IMG/VR virus record: IMGVR_UViG_3300020057_000029
Span: 32,001 to 96,000 of that record
Length of the DNA stretch: 64,000 nucleotides
Source of the DNA: a virus
Reading direction: 5' to 3' (one strand)
In this document: piece by piece, positions 29,015 to 37,459 of the stretch
Layout of the letters: every line of letters begins with the position of its first letter
Numbering within the stretch: the first letter of the stretch is position 1
The notes under the pieces: generated by a model
The model's input: only the letters and a program-made list of their open reading frames with translations
Told to the model about the DNA's origin: nothing
Databases searched by the model: none
Position numbers and translations under genes: made by a program

Positions 29015-29884
29015 ATGTCAATTAGAGTAGAAGTTGTTGAAAATACCGTGCAAAAGTCCTACCAAGAGATCATTGAAGCAGATCAAGATCAAAACAAATC
29101 TAGAGCCCAAGATCTAGCGATCCTACCAACTGAAGCCAGAAAGAATATCGTAGAAGCTACAAAATATTCTAGCTACTTCCCAAACCCAATCACCTCGGAA
29201 TTTATGGAGAAATATATTTTAGCTCCAATCGAATTTCCTACTGTCGGATCGGGTTTGGCCCAAAGCTTGACTGAATTGAACGTAAGAATCGACAACCTAT
29301 TCAATGACGCTTACACGTCAGAGAAAACCAAGCTAGAAGCAGAAGACTTAGAGCTTCAGATTGAAGAGATCATGGTGAGCGAGATAACTTCTTCTGCTCG
29401 TGTATTGGTAGAAGAAGGTTGCGTTACAATGTCTGACACTAAAAACCTTTCCGGTCACGACCGTCGCGGAATTAACAAGATCAAACTTTTGCGTCTAGAA
29501 CATACTAACAAAAAACATTCTCTCAAGAAGATCGAGTTGGCAGCAATGGCTCGTTACAACGAAGCTATGGGCTGGAAGACTCTGGTTGAGAAGAAGATGG
29601 CTGAGATGAAGGTCAAAGATCTCTCAGAGGTTGACTTCAACAGTATTCGTATGGATGAAATGCACGCCAAGATCAAAAAATGGGGCGAACTGCACGCTCA
29701 AGGCGCTTTGGAGCTCACTCCTTCTAAGTTTAATGCTATCGATTCCAACCAAGGCGCTTTCGTAGAAGGTATTCAGGAAGGCGAAGGCAGGAAGCAAATG
29801 GCTCAACTTGCCAATCAAGAGGCTCAAAAACAGCTTCAATCTGCGCAGGGCGTAGCCTCTCCACAGTCTCGCAGACCGCAATAG
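29015..29884 (+). CDS. Coiled-coil hypothetical protein
   Basis: 289 aa, helical and charged, AGGAG RBS, last gene of the + arm. Confidence 0.75.
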   Translation: MSIRVEVVENTVQKSYQEIIEADQDQNKSRAQDLAILPTEARKNIVEATKYSSYFPNPITSEFMEKYILAPIEFPTVGSGLAQSLTELNVRIDNLFNDAYTSEKTKLEAEDLELQIEEIMVSEITSSARVLVEEGCVTMSDTKNLSGHDRRGINKIKLLRLEHTNKKHSLKKIELAAMARYNEAMGWKTLVEKKMAEMKVKDLSEVDFNSIRMDEMHAKIKKWGELHAQGALELTPSKFNAIDSNQGAFVEGIQEGEGRKQMAQLANQEAQKQLQSAQGVASPQSRRPQ

Positions 29885-29905
29885 AATATCACAGTCGTGA
29901 TGCGC

Positions 29906-29940
29906 AATAAGGCTGGCAGAAATGCTGGCCTTATTTTTTT
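29906..29940 (+). terminator. Rho-independent terminator at the end of the + arm
   Basis: AATAAGGCTGGCA-GAAA-TGCTGGCCTTATT stem-loop followed by a T run. Confidence 0.85.
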
Positions 29941-29950
29941 ATAATGAATC

Positions 29951-30027
29951 TTGAACAGATAGCTGAACAGATCTTTACAAATAAAAACGGGCATTTAAGC
30001 CCATTTTGAACAGATAGCTGAACAGAT
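29951..30027. repeat. Two 22-bp direct repeats, each holding two TGAACAGAT 9-mers (iteron-like)
   Basis: TTGAACAGATAGCTGAACAGAT at 29951-29972 and 30006-30027. Confidence 0.9.
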
Positions 30028-30037
30028 TTATAATGAA

Positions 30038-30253
30038 TTAGCTAAGATCTCGTTCTTTGAGCTCTAGCCTGAGATCTTCAATAGTCTGTTTAAGATGTTC
30101 TATCTCGATCTTTAGAGCCCTAGTATCCTTGGTATAGCTGCTTTTCCACTCTAAGGCAAGCTCTTCAAAGTCTTTTACGTTCTTCTCAGACTCTTCTAAT
30201 TTGATCTTGAGCTCTTCGTTTTCATTGTGAAGACTGTTTGTCATCGAATCCAT
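30038..30253 (-). CDS. Small coiled-coil protein
   Basis: 71 aa with heptad pattern, coupled to the upstream gene. Confidence 0.65.
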   Translation of the reverse strand: MDSMTNSLHNENEELKIKLEESEKNVKDFEELALEWKSSYTKDTRALKIEIEHLKQTIEDLRLELKERDLS

Positions 30254-31266
30254 TATCCATCAGCTTTTAAGATATCGCTAATCATAAGCTTAGTAGCTTG
30301 ATTAGAATTTGCCATGTTAATTCTGGCTGACATCCTAGGATCGCCGCAGAATTTGCCACTCATAACCTTCACAGAAGCTTTATCTAGGATCTTCAGGATC
30401 TTATTGTCTACTTCGAACAGGGCAAACATACCCGTCTCAGGTATCTTTTGGCCTCCGAACAGCTTGTCTAGACGCTGCATTTCAGTGCGATTACTGTCCA
30501 AAAGGGCCTTGGAAAGACTGTAAAAGGGGTCTAAATCAATGTTCTCCAGTAGTTTGGCAGCTACCATCTGTGAAGGCATGGAAACGCCGCACAGGTCATT
30601 TGTGACGTAATCATAAGCCTTGTTGTAGATACCATCATCATCGGTAGCAAGCCAGCCTACGCGTAACCCATTGAGCCCAGTAAGCTTATTTAGGCTGCCA
30701 GCCATAGCGTCGTGTGGCGGAATTATCTTTGGATTCTTAAGCGTTAGGTTCTTAGCAAGAATACCACAGTAGGTTGGTGAAAAATAAGCAGCATCCCAAA
30801 CCCTGTTTGCCCCACCGCATTCGTTGGTTAAAGGGCAGAGCACCCCTAGGGGATTCGAGGGAGAGTCGATGATCTGAATCTCACGATCACCCGTATTGGT
30901 TATTTCAGTTGGCACATGAATCAAACCAGCGTTCTCTATGATACCAGGATAGAAGCCAAAATAGAGCTTGTTGGTCAAAACGTGTGTTTTCTTGTCGTTA
31001 GACCTGTTTTTCGCGGCATATAGATAGGCGTTTAAAGCATTAGTAGCGCCATTGGTCACCAAAACATGCTTGTAGTCGTAGCCAGTAAGATTTCTAATCA
31101 GCAAGCGAAGCCGTAGGATTAGGCGATCTTCGCCCTCATGTTTAGGGTAGCCACAGTCTTTCCAAAGGCCGATCAAGGATTGATTCAATATAGCGCCAGC
31201 ATGAGCTACAAATAAATCGCGAATACCCCTTGTGTCACCAAACCCAAAGTCGTGTTTAGGAGTCAT
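30253..31266 (-). CDS. PLP-dependent aminotransferase, class I/II fold
   Basis: VTNGATNAL, SPSNPLG, DAAY and GSLNKLTGLNGLRVGW (PLP lysine) motifs. Confidence 0.9.
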   Translation of the reverse strand: MTPKHDFGFGDTRGIRDLFVAHAGAILNQSLIGLWKDCGYPKHEGEDRLILRLRLLIRNLTGYDYKHVLVTNGATNALNAYLYAAKNRSNDKKTHVLTNKLYFGFYPGIIENAGLIHVPTEITNTGDREIQIIDSPSNPLGVLCPLTNECGGANRVWDAAYFSPTYCGILAKNLTLKNPKIIPPHDAMAGSLNKLTGLNGLRVGWLATDDDGIYNKAYDYVTNDLCGVSMPSQMVAAKLLENIDLDPFYSLSKALLDSNRTEMQRLDKLFGGQKIPETGMFALFEVDNKILKILDKASVKVMSGKFCGDPRMSARINMANSNQATKLMISDILKADG

Positions 31267-31718
31267 CTTTTCCCCCCTCGCTTCTTAGCCCGTTGCATAT
31301 CAGCCATCATAGCAGCAATAAGACCACCAGGCACAGCCTCTTGTTTATGTATCAAATCCTTGAGCTCATTGCGTAGGCTTTCGTCTGGAATCTTATCGGA
31401 AAATCCATACAGGGCAACAAAAATGTGGACAAAGGTGTTACAAAGCGCCTCGCCTTGGGCCGTCAAATTGGCCTTAACAGCGCGTGTAGCCTTGTTCTTT
31501 ACGCGAGCAGCTACTTTATAGATGCTTTCGGACTCATCTTGACCTTTTTCCCACGCGACAGCTTCGTCTTCAGTTTTTGGGATAGGCTTTTTAACTTCTT
31601 CTTCATGTTTTTCCCCAAAGTGCTTAGCGACTTCATTAGCCGACATTGTTTCGCCTTGACTGTTTTCTTCTTGGTTAAGTTTTGCTTCTTCATATGCTTT
31701 GCTCCAATTGTTGTTCAT
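31263..31718 (-). CDS. Hypothetical protein
   Basis: 151-aa ORF with ATGA overlap to the downstream gene. Confidence 0.7.
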   Translation of the reverse strand: MNNNWSKAYEEAKLNQEENSQGETMSANEVAKHFGEKHEEEVKKPIPKTEDEAVAWEKGQDESESIYKVAARVKNKATRAVKANLTAQGEALCNTFVHIFVALYGFSDKIPDESLRNELKDLIHKQEAVPGGLIAAMMADMQRAKKRGGKR

Positions 31719-31753
31719 TTGTTGTTCTTTCAGGAATATTTAAACCGTTGCTT

Positions 31754-31960
31754 CTATTTATCATATACTTTCCAAGAAAGAATGTCTTGTCTTTTTATTT
31801 CTATTGTTTCGATAATTCCTAAAGGGAAGGACGAAACAGTACCCACGTTCCACCAAGCTACTCTTGCCTTAACCCTTTTAATATCAAAGTATTGTACTTT
31901 TAGAACTTCAATAAACACGTCAGTACAGTTTGCGTGCTTGTACTTATTATTTGCTTTCAC
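31754..31960 (-). CDS. Hypothetical protein
   Basis: 68-aa ORF in operon orientation. Confidence 0.55.
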   Translation of the reverse strand: MKANNKYKHANCTDVFIEVLKVQYFDIKRVKARVAWWNVGTVSSFPLGIIETIEIKRQDILSWKVYDK

Positions 31961-32273
31961 GTTGTTTTCCTATCATCTCTATAGCGTCCATGGCTGCGAG
32001 GCATTCGTCTGTATGGTAGCCAACCTGCTCGCTTGCCGAATCCATATATTGTGGGCAATTTTCACAAAGCTTGGATTGGGCGTCTTTTAGCGCCTCTACA
32101 AGGACTGCCTCTCTTGCTGCTGCTTCCACACTACAAAGTTCGATAGCTGCGTTGGCACCTGCTAGAAAATCGGCCCTTGCCGCCCTGTGATCTTCAAATG
32201 GATAATCTCGCTTACTCTGCTTAACATATGTATTCGCCATCTTTCCCAGCTTCATTTGCATATCGTCGTTCAT
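31947..32273 (-). CDS. Hypothetical mosaic protein
   Basis: Preceded by the junction repeat. Shares EAAAREA with the 192-aa gene. Confidence 0.65.
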   Translation of the reverse strand: MNDDMQMKLGKMANTYVKQSKRDYPFEDHRAARADFLAGANAAIELCSVEAAAREAVLVEALKDAQSKLCENCPQYMDSASEQVGYHTDECLAAMDAIEMIGKQRESK

Positions 32274-32295
32274 AGCTTCCCCCCGCGCTTGTTGC

Positions 32296-32505
32296 TCATG
32301 GCTTCATTTTTTTAAGATGATCTTTTACAAAAGAATGAAACCCAATGTGCGTAAGACCTTCAGAATCAGTTTGATGGTATTCATGCCACTGATAATCATC
32401 GGGCCAATTTTGACTGATTCTTTTTAATTCTTTGGTAGAATCAGCGACATAAGCCTCAAGCCCATCGTCCTCACCCCTACCATCGTATAAAATATAAAGC
32501 CTCAT
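32296..32505 (-). CDS. Hypothetical protein
   Basis: Bounded by junction repeats on both sides. Confidence 0.65.
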   Translation of the reverse strand: MRLYILYDGRGEDDGLEAYVADSTKELKRISQNWPDDYQWHEYHQTDSEGLTHIGFHSFVKDHLKKMKP

Positions 32506-32527
32506 CTCTTCCCCTCACGCTTGTCGT

Positions 32528-32734
32528 TCATTTGCGTCTCCAAATTTCATAAGTAAAAAACCTTTGAACCATTCGGCTCTCTGCTAAATGCATCAACGCC
32601 AAGGCCGGGCCGAACGAAAAAAAGATGGGAAAAACCAACACCATCCAAACCGCCAGAAATTTATCCTTTATAACGAGCCGAACCCAGATAATCGTGCCGG
32701 AAATTACCCAGGCTAGAATCAGCAAATAAGTCAT
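32528..32734 (-). CDS. Small membrane protein (2 TM)
   Basis: Two hydrophobic stretches; bounded by junction repeats. Confidence 0.65.
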   Translation of the reverse strand: MTYLLILAWVISGTIIWVRLVIKDKFLAVWMVLVFPIFFSFGPALALMHLAESRMVQRFFTYEIWRRK

Positions 32735-33309
32735 TTCTCCCCCTTGCGCTTGGCGTACTCGTTTTCGACTGTCATCGTCACCGAAGTTCCCCTGAATTTA
32801 ATATACCGCTCCCAATCTTTCCAATCTTTCACTAACCGCCCCCAATCTCTCTCCTTTTCCAGCTCTACGCGTAGCCCCGCCTCTCGCGCTGCTGCTTCGG
32901 CCAGGATGGCCTCGTGCTCCTCAAGAGAAATGTAGGGAATGATTTTTATATTGTAGGATTGTGAGTATTTTGGCGGCTCCAGAAAATCCCAAGCAGCGTT
33001 TCCGCCTGGATTGCTGTAAAAACATCGTTTAGGGAATATTTTCATCTCTCCCTCACTCGCAGCCAGCGCATTATACGGTTTCCACCAATCCGGCTTTGGA
33101 AATCTTTCGCTGAAAATAATTTCATCCTCTTCGGTAGCTTCGATATCCGTGGCCTCTGGCCAGAATTCCAGAATTTGCTTTTCTGAATCGGCATAAGCCA
33201 CAACAATGCTGTGATCTTCAGGATACCCCGAACACCAAAAGGGGTAAGGCGGCGGGAATTTCACTGGCCGGTAGTCTTCTGGATTTGCTTTGAATCTTGC
33301 TCTAATCAT
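32731..33309 (-). CDS. Hypothetical mosaic protein
   Basis: 192 aa, looks like fused modules, preceded by the junction repeat. Confidence 0.7.
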   Translation of the reverse strand: MIRARFKANPEDYRPVKFPPPYPFWCSGYPEDHSIVVAYADSEKQILEFWPEATDIEATEEDEIIFSERFPKPDWWKPYNALAASEGEMKIFPKRCFYSNPGGNAAWDFLEPPKYSQSYNIKIIPYISLEEHEAILAEAAAREAGLRVELEKERDWGRLVKDWKDWERYIKFRGTSVTMTVENEYAKRKGEK

Positions 33310-33463
33310 CTCTTCCCCTAGCGCTTGGCGTTTGTTATTTTAATGTGTCCTGTAGTTACAACTATACAGTAGTATTTGTGACAAAGATAGGCCTAATTGA
33401 GAAGCCATTCCAACTCCAGCGCCGCTTCAGGTTCTTTAATCTTTCTGTTCATTTGTCGTCCTT

Positions 33464-34036
33464 TCAGGACTTTCTGTACATTTCAAACAAAGACAGGCGC
33501 TTACGCTTTTGAGCCGTAATCCCAACAGGGGCAAGCAGTTTTTCGTATTTTTGAACTATTTCCCAGGCTTTATCCTCCGTCAAGCCAATCTCTTCGGAAG
33601 CTTCGATTTCCAAGAAACTCTGGATCTTGCCAGCTTCATCCAATACTGAATAGTATACAATATTGGCGTCATCAAAGAAATAGATATCAAACATCTTATA
33701 AACTGAGAAATTGCGCTTGTATCCAAGGCCTTCACAGAATGCAGCAACAGTGTCATCGCTATTAAGATCGATACGAAGGTTTACCTCAATACGAATCATG
33801 TTGTTTTTGTCGGTGCTTTTCTTCTTAAAGGTAAGCTCTGCACGCTTATCATCAGAATTCACCATGGGCTTACGATGTCTTAGAAAGTCGTCGCCCTCTT
33901 TGATGTAGTAGATATCAAACCCTTCGCCGTACAGAAATCTGGTCGGATTAAGGGTTCCGGCTAGAGCTTTGAATTTAAGCCGGTCAATATCGTCCGCATC
34001 ATACTTGGTTTCAATCTCAAGAAATTTTTGTTCCAT
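33464..34036 (-). CDS. CYTH-domain protein (class IV adenylyl cyclase/triphosphate tunnel fold)
   Basis: N-terminal EIETK motif, DIYY, LRHR, ELTFK, FLEIE. Confidence 0.85.
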   Translation of the reverse strand: MEQKFLEIETKYDADDIDRLKFKALAGTLNPTRFLYGEGFDIYYIKEGDDFLRHRKPMVNSDDKRAELTFKKKSTDKNNMIRIEVNLRIDLNSDDTVAAFCEGLGYKRNFSVYKMFDIYFFDDANIVYYSVLDEAGKIQSFLEIEASEEIGLTEDKAWEIVQKYEKLLAPVGITAQKRKRLSLFEMYRKS

Positions 34037-34536
34037 TACATGTCCTTCTTCTTTGCTTCTTCCGATGATTCCTGAATCAGATACGCCTCAAAACGGGCGT
34101 CAAATGATCTTCCAGTCTCGTGTAGATCTATAAGCTTATTCAGATCCACTCCAGATTCGATCTCTTTTTCAAAATGACGCTTGATGTAGTGATCTTCAAT
34201 CTTAGTGAAATCAGACAAAAGCTGATTTTCAATGTTTTGTTTTTGTTCTAAAAACTCCAAATGGTCTATCATTTCTTGACTTGCCATTAGCTTTGAGCCA
34301 GCAATATAACCACAAACCCTGCACATATTTACCTGGCCTATGCTGGTTTGAAGCAAAAGAACCTTCATCCATTGGTGAGGTTGTTTGCAGAGATCTTTTT
34401 CTTTCACGGTATCCAGGCTAAGATTTGACCTATGCTTGCGAAAATCCTTAAATGTCAAATATGCATTGAACGCTACTATAGACAGGACAAGGCCAGCAAA
34501 TATACCAAACATTAGAATTTCAGTCAGCACGCTCAT
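34036..34536 (-). CDS. Membrane-anchored protein with Cys/His cluster
   Basis: N-terminal TM helix; C...H...CRVC. Confidence 0.7.
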   Translation of the reverse strand: MSVLTEILMFGIFAGLVLSIVAFNAYLTFKDFRKHRSNLSLDTVKEKDLCKQPHQWMKVLLLQTSIGQVNMCRVCGYIAGSKLMASQEMIDHLEFLEQKQNIENQLLSDFTKIEDHYIKRHFEKEIESGVDLNKLIDLHETGRSFDARFEAYLIQESSEEAKKKDM

Positions 34537-35519
34537 TCTTCTCCTAACACCTTATCTGCCAAGCCATAAGACAGAATATCTTTTTGCCACAAAACCGTAT
34601 CTTTTAAACACATAGACTGCCAGAAACTTGTTGGTTTGCCTGTGGCCTTGGAATAAATTTCATACAGTAACTGCCTCGATTTCTTAGAGGTTTCACCCCA
34701 AGCTTCAAAAGATTTGGCCTCTCCTTCGAAACCTTCAGTACCATCGTGCAATACAAATACGCAGTTTTCGGTAATCTCTCTAAGCTTGCCAGCCTGAAAA
34801 ATTGCAGTAGCGGTACTGCCCACTAGACCTGTTCCGATCATTCTGGTAGGACACGGACTGCTAGCAATTCTGTCATATATAGCAAGGCCGTCAAACCAGT
34901 TACCGCCATTGCTCATAATTTTTATGGTGATTTCGGCGTGTTTACTAATCGCTTCTAATATATCAAACGCCTTTTGTACTTGAAGAGATAGTTTTTCATT
35001 GATTTCTCCAAAAATACACACAGTCCTGGAATCAACATGGTAATTTTCTTCATGAAACTGCCCTATGGCCGACATCCTGTGTTCTTTAATTGCATGTATT
35101 GCTGTTATGGTTTCTGCTACTGTTAACTTGTCACCTCTGATAGAACTGCACGTAGCACAACAGGGCACTACGTTTTCTTTTTTATAGCCAACTGATCTAT
35201 CGTTAGAGATTCTATCCAGTCCAGCTCCGCTTATGGGCAATGATCCACCACAATAAAAACATGGCTGCGATCTGAACACAGAATACTCTTCTTTGGTCAT
35301 ATTCCACACGATTTTGCGTTCTTTGGCTTCCCCTTTTGCCGCATTAAATTGATGTGTTATAGTGCTAAGGATTTTTTGTCTGTATTGTCTAGTTTTTTCT
35401 TTAGATACGGGGTTTTCTTTTATATAGCAAGACCTACATTTAGGGCCGCTATAGTTCACGCGCAAGCCGGAGCCACAAGAAATGCATAGTTTTTCTTTAT
35501 TGACAATAGCTTTCATCAT
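34533..35519 (-). CDS. HNH-type endonuclease fused to ClpP-like protease
   Basis: PCFYCG..GLDRI...GY...NVVPCCATC, followed by MSNGGNWFDGLAIYD, GLVGSTA (Ser) and VLHD (His). Confidence 0.85.
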   Translation of the reverse strand: MMKAIVNKEKLCISCGSGLRVNYSGPKCRSCYIKENPVSKEKTRQYRQKILSTITHQFNAAKGEAKERKIVWNMTKEEYSVFRSQPCFYCGGSLPISGAGLDRISNDRSVGYKKENVVPCCATCSSIRGDKLTVAETITAIHAIKEHRMSAIGQFHEENYHVDSRTVCIFGEINEKLSLQVQKAFDILEAISKHAEITIKIMSNGGNWFDGLAIYDRIASSPCPTRMIGTGLVGSTATAIFQAGKLREITENCVFVLHDGTEGFEGEAKSFEAWGETSKKSRQLLYEIYSKATGKPTSFWQSMCLKDTVLWQKDILSYGLADKVLGEE

Positions 35520-36382
35520 TTGGTAACCCTGCTGTGTACGTGATTAAAGGCGCTGGAAATTGCAGTAAGCCATTCTTTCTCTTTAAAATCTGAGTCTTCT
35601 GAATAATAACCATTCAGTATTTCTATCGTACCATCTTCTGAATAGCCTGCCAAGGCAAATTCGTAAGCAATAGCATACCACTGCCCATTACGGCCTTTTT
35701 GGGGGTCCAACCCTTCGGTTAGACGTTTAATCACCCAAGGCGCTAAGCGGTTGAAATCAAAAGTGCCGGAAGCGACCTTCTTTATACGGGGTTTGGGCTT
35801 CTGTTCTGGGTGTAGCTCAAGCCATGTTCTAAGCTCAGAGAAGGTAACAGCACCCTTGTAACGGGCCAAAACCTGTCTGGACTTGTCACGTATCGGACCT
35901 GGTATACGAATGCTCCTAGAAGGATTCTTGGTCATTTGGTCTGCTGCTGTACACACTCCTAAGATCCATTCTGACAACAAACGCCAAGTCTTTTGGTCGG
36001 GTAAGTCACGGTCTAAGGAGATAAGGAAGTGTAGTGATTTGCCGCCAGAGAATATCGCAGCAGAATAGGGCATTCTCAACCGTTCGATATAGGCTAATTG
36101 TTGGGGAAGGGGGCCTACGTCCATCTCGATCAGGAAGTTTCTGAAAGCAGTACAGTTGTTATCCTGGCGAAATCCACGGATAGGATTTAGGGCCACCAGT
36201 TGCATCTCAATAGAAGGCTTTTGAGCAATTGGCCATTTAGCATCAGTGGGAACCAGGGTAACTGTATCGGACATGGCCATTTCCAAGGGAATAGAGTGAT
36301 ACCCAAATTGATTTGGAGAGACACAGACGGTTTCGCCTGGCCTGAACATCAGCTCAAATATCCTCTTTCCAGTGGGGTCCAT
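35516..36382 (-). CDS. Primase, RepB/AEP-like
   Basis: FLIEMD, FSGGKSLH and KNPSRSIRIPG motifs plus a helical C-terminal GRN domain; located near the helicase. Confidence 0.75.
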   Translation of the reverse strand: MDPTGKRIFELMFRPGETVCVSPNQFGYHSIPLEMAMSDTVTLVPTDAKWPIAQKPSIEMQLVALNPIRGFRQDNNCTAFRNFLIEMDVGPLPQQLAYIERLRMPYSAAIFSGGKSLHFLISLDRDLPDQKTWRLLSEWILGVCTAADQMTKNPSRSIRIPGPIRDKSRQVLARYKGAVTFSELRTWLELHPEQKPKPRIKKVASGTFDFNRLAPWVIKRLTEGLDPQKGRNGQWYAIAYEFALAGYSEDGTIEILNGYYSEDSDFKEKEWLTAISSAFNHVHSRVTK

Positions 36383-36394
36383 TGTCAGCCTTTG

Positions 36395-36946
36395 TTACAG
36401 AGTAGAGCCACCAGCGACGTTTTGCACTTGTTCGGCAAGAAGATCGGCTTCCTTTTTATCCTGGGCTTCCTTGCGTTGCTTCATCATTAGGTCAACAAAA
36501 ATGTCGTATTTTTCCTCACGGTCCTTAAGCTCTTTAATCAAAGATTCTACGGTAAAGACTTTCTTGACCAGAATATGAGACGTTTCAGACCCAAAAGCCT
36601 TGACTGGCTCTTGATGTTTGATCATCTCTTCTTCTTTTACAACCTTGTTATCACCGTCTAGCTCTGCAGGAACATATTCTATAACTTCTTCAGTAAGAGA
36701 TTCGACCAAGCCTTTGCGAAGCAGAGTCTGCCAGCGACTAGTTGTCTTAAAAAGCTTTGTAGACAAGCGAACGAGCTCGTCACGCTGTTCTGCAGAAGGT
36801 TCAAGGCTTCCTTCTGAAACCTTAATTGCAGCATTGTGAGCCAAGGCCGCTTCTTTCTTGCTTTGTCTCTTGCTTTGTTTTGAGTTCAGGTCAGAATATT
36901 TAGTGTCCATGTTATCTCCGGTTTTAGTGAAATCTTTCAGATTCAT
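36395..36946 (-). CDS. Hypothetical protein
   Basis: 183-aa ORF; the start may be at the second Met. Confidence 0.7.
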   Translation of the reverse strand: MNLKDFTKTGDNMDTKYSDLNSKQSKRQSKKEAALAHNAAIKVSEGSLEPSAEQRDELVRLSTKLFKTTSRWQTLLRKGLVESLTEEVIEYVPAELDGDNKVVKEEEMIKHQEPVKAFGSETSHILVKKVFTVESLIKELKDREEKYDIFVDLMMKQRKEAQDKKEADLLAEQVQNVAGGSTL

Positions 36947-37290
36947 AGCTCATCCTCGGGAGGATATTGACTCTCAATATGTTCAATAGCCTCTTCTTGT
37001 GTCAAGATTTGCTTTGCAAGCGATTTCTTCCCACAGCTACAATCTGCACAATACGATCCAGTATTACACGATTTCTTTTCCGACACAACTTCAAAATTCA
37101 TATCATGTCCATCAGGAAGGCTAAAAAGCAGTACTTTGACTGGATTGTTCTTGAAGGCCTCTTTGAAATGATCCTGTAAGCTCTGCATAGTCTCTGGAAA
37201 AAAGCTGTCGCCTTTGAGCTTGATAATCAAAGTGTCATCTGGCTTTAGATTAAGCTTTGCCACCTCTACTTCTACAAACTTGAGTTCCAT
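36943..37290 (-). CDS. Hypothetical protein with Cys cluster
   Basis: 115 aa; C....YCADCSC. Confidence 0.7.
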   Translation of the reverse strand: MELKFVEVEVAKLNLKPDDTLIIKLKGDSFFPETMQSLQDHFKEAFKNNPVKVLLFSLPDGHDMNFEVVSEKKSCNTGSYCADCSCGKKSLAKQILTQEEAIEHIESQYPPEDEL

Positions 37291-37291
37291 A

Positions 37292-37459
37292 TTATTCCTT
37301 TGATGAGCTTTTTAAGCCCAAGATTGCCAAGAAAAGGATTTCGACACGTTTCTCTAAACTTGCAACAGTTTGGCGAGCGTCAACTCTTCGTTCGAAAACC
37401 AACAGTTTGTTGAGTTGAGAAATGAGTTCTTGCAGTTCTTGTACGGTTACTTTTTCCAT
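37292..37459 (-). CDS. Small hypothetical protein (55 aa, not in ORF track)
   Basis: Hand translation MEKVTVQELQELISQLNKLL...KSSSKE*; GAGG RBS; fills the gap exactly. Confidence 0.6.
   Translation of the reverse strand: MEKVTVQELQELISQLNKLLVFERRVDARQTVASLEKRVEILFLAILGLKSSSKE

Larger units (their letters stand above)
31264..33332 (-). repeat. Dispersed ~26-nt gene-junction repeat (5 copies)
   Basis: Core AAGCG-N2-3-GGGG-A/G-rich-ATG at 33307-33332, 32732-32757, 32503-32528, 32271-32296 and 31264-31289. Confidence 0.8.

Noticed and set aside
1-29884. Bacterial contractile injection system or prophage rather than lytic phage
   Set aside because: Linked to a complete phage-type replisome with no host housekeeping genes, integrase or att context in the window.
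29897-29925. dif-like site (GATGCGCAATAA resembles the XerC arm)
   Set aside because: No XerD arm at the right spacing, and the sequence runs into the terminator stem.
29951-30027. Mini CRISPR array (repeat, 33-nt spacer, repeat)
   Set aside because: Only two 22-bp repeats, internally direct rather than palindromic, no typical repeat terminus and no cas genes in the window. Kept as an iteron-like repeat.
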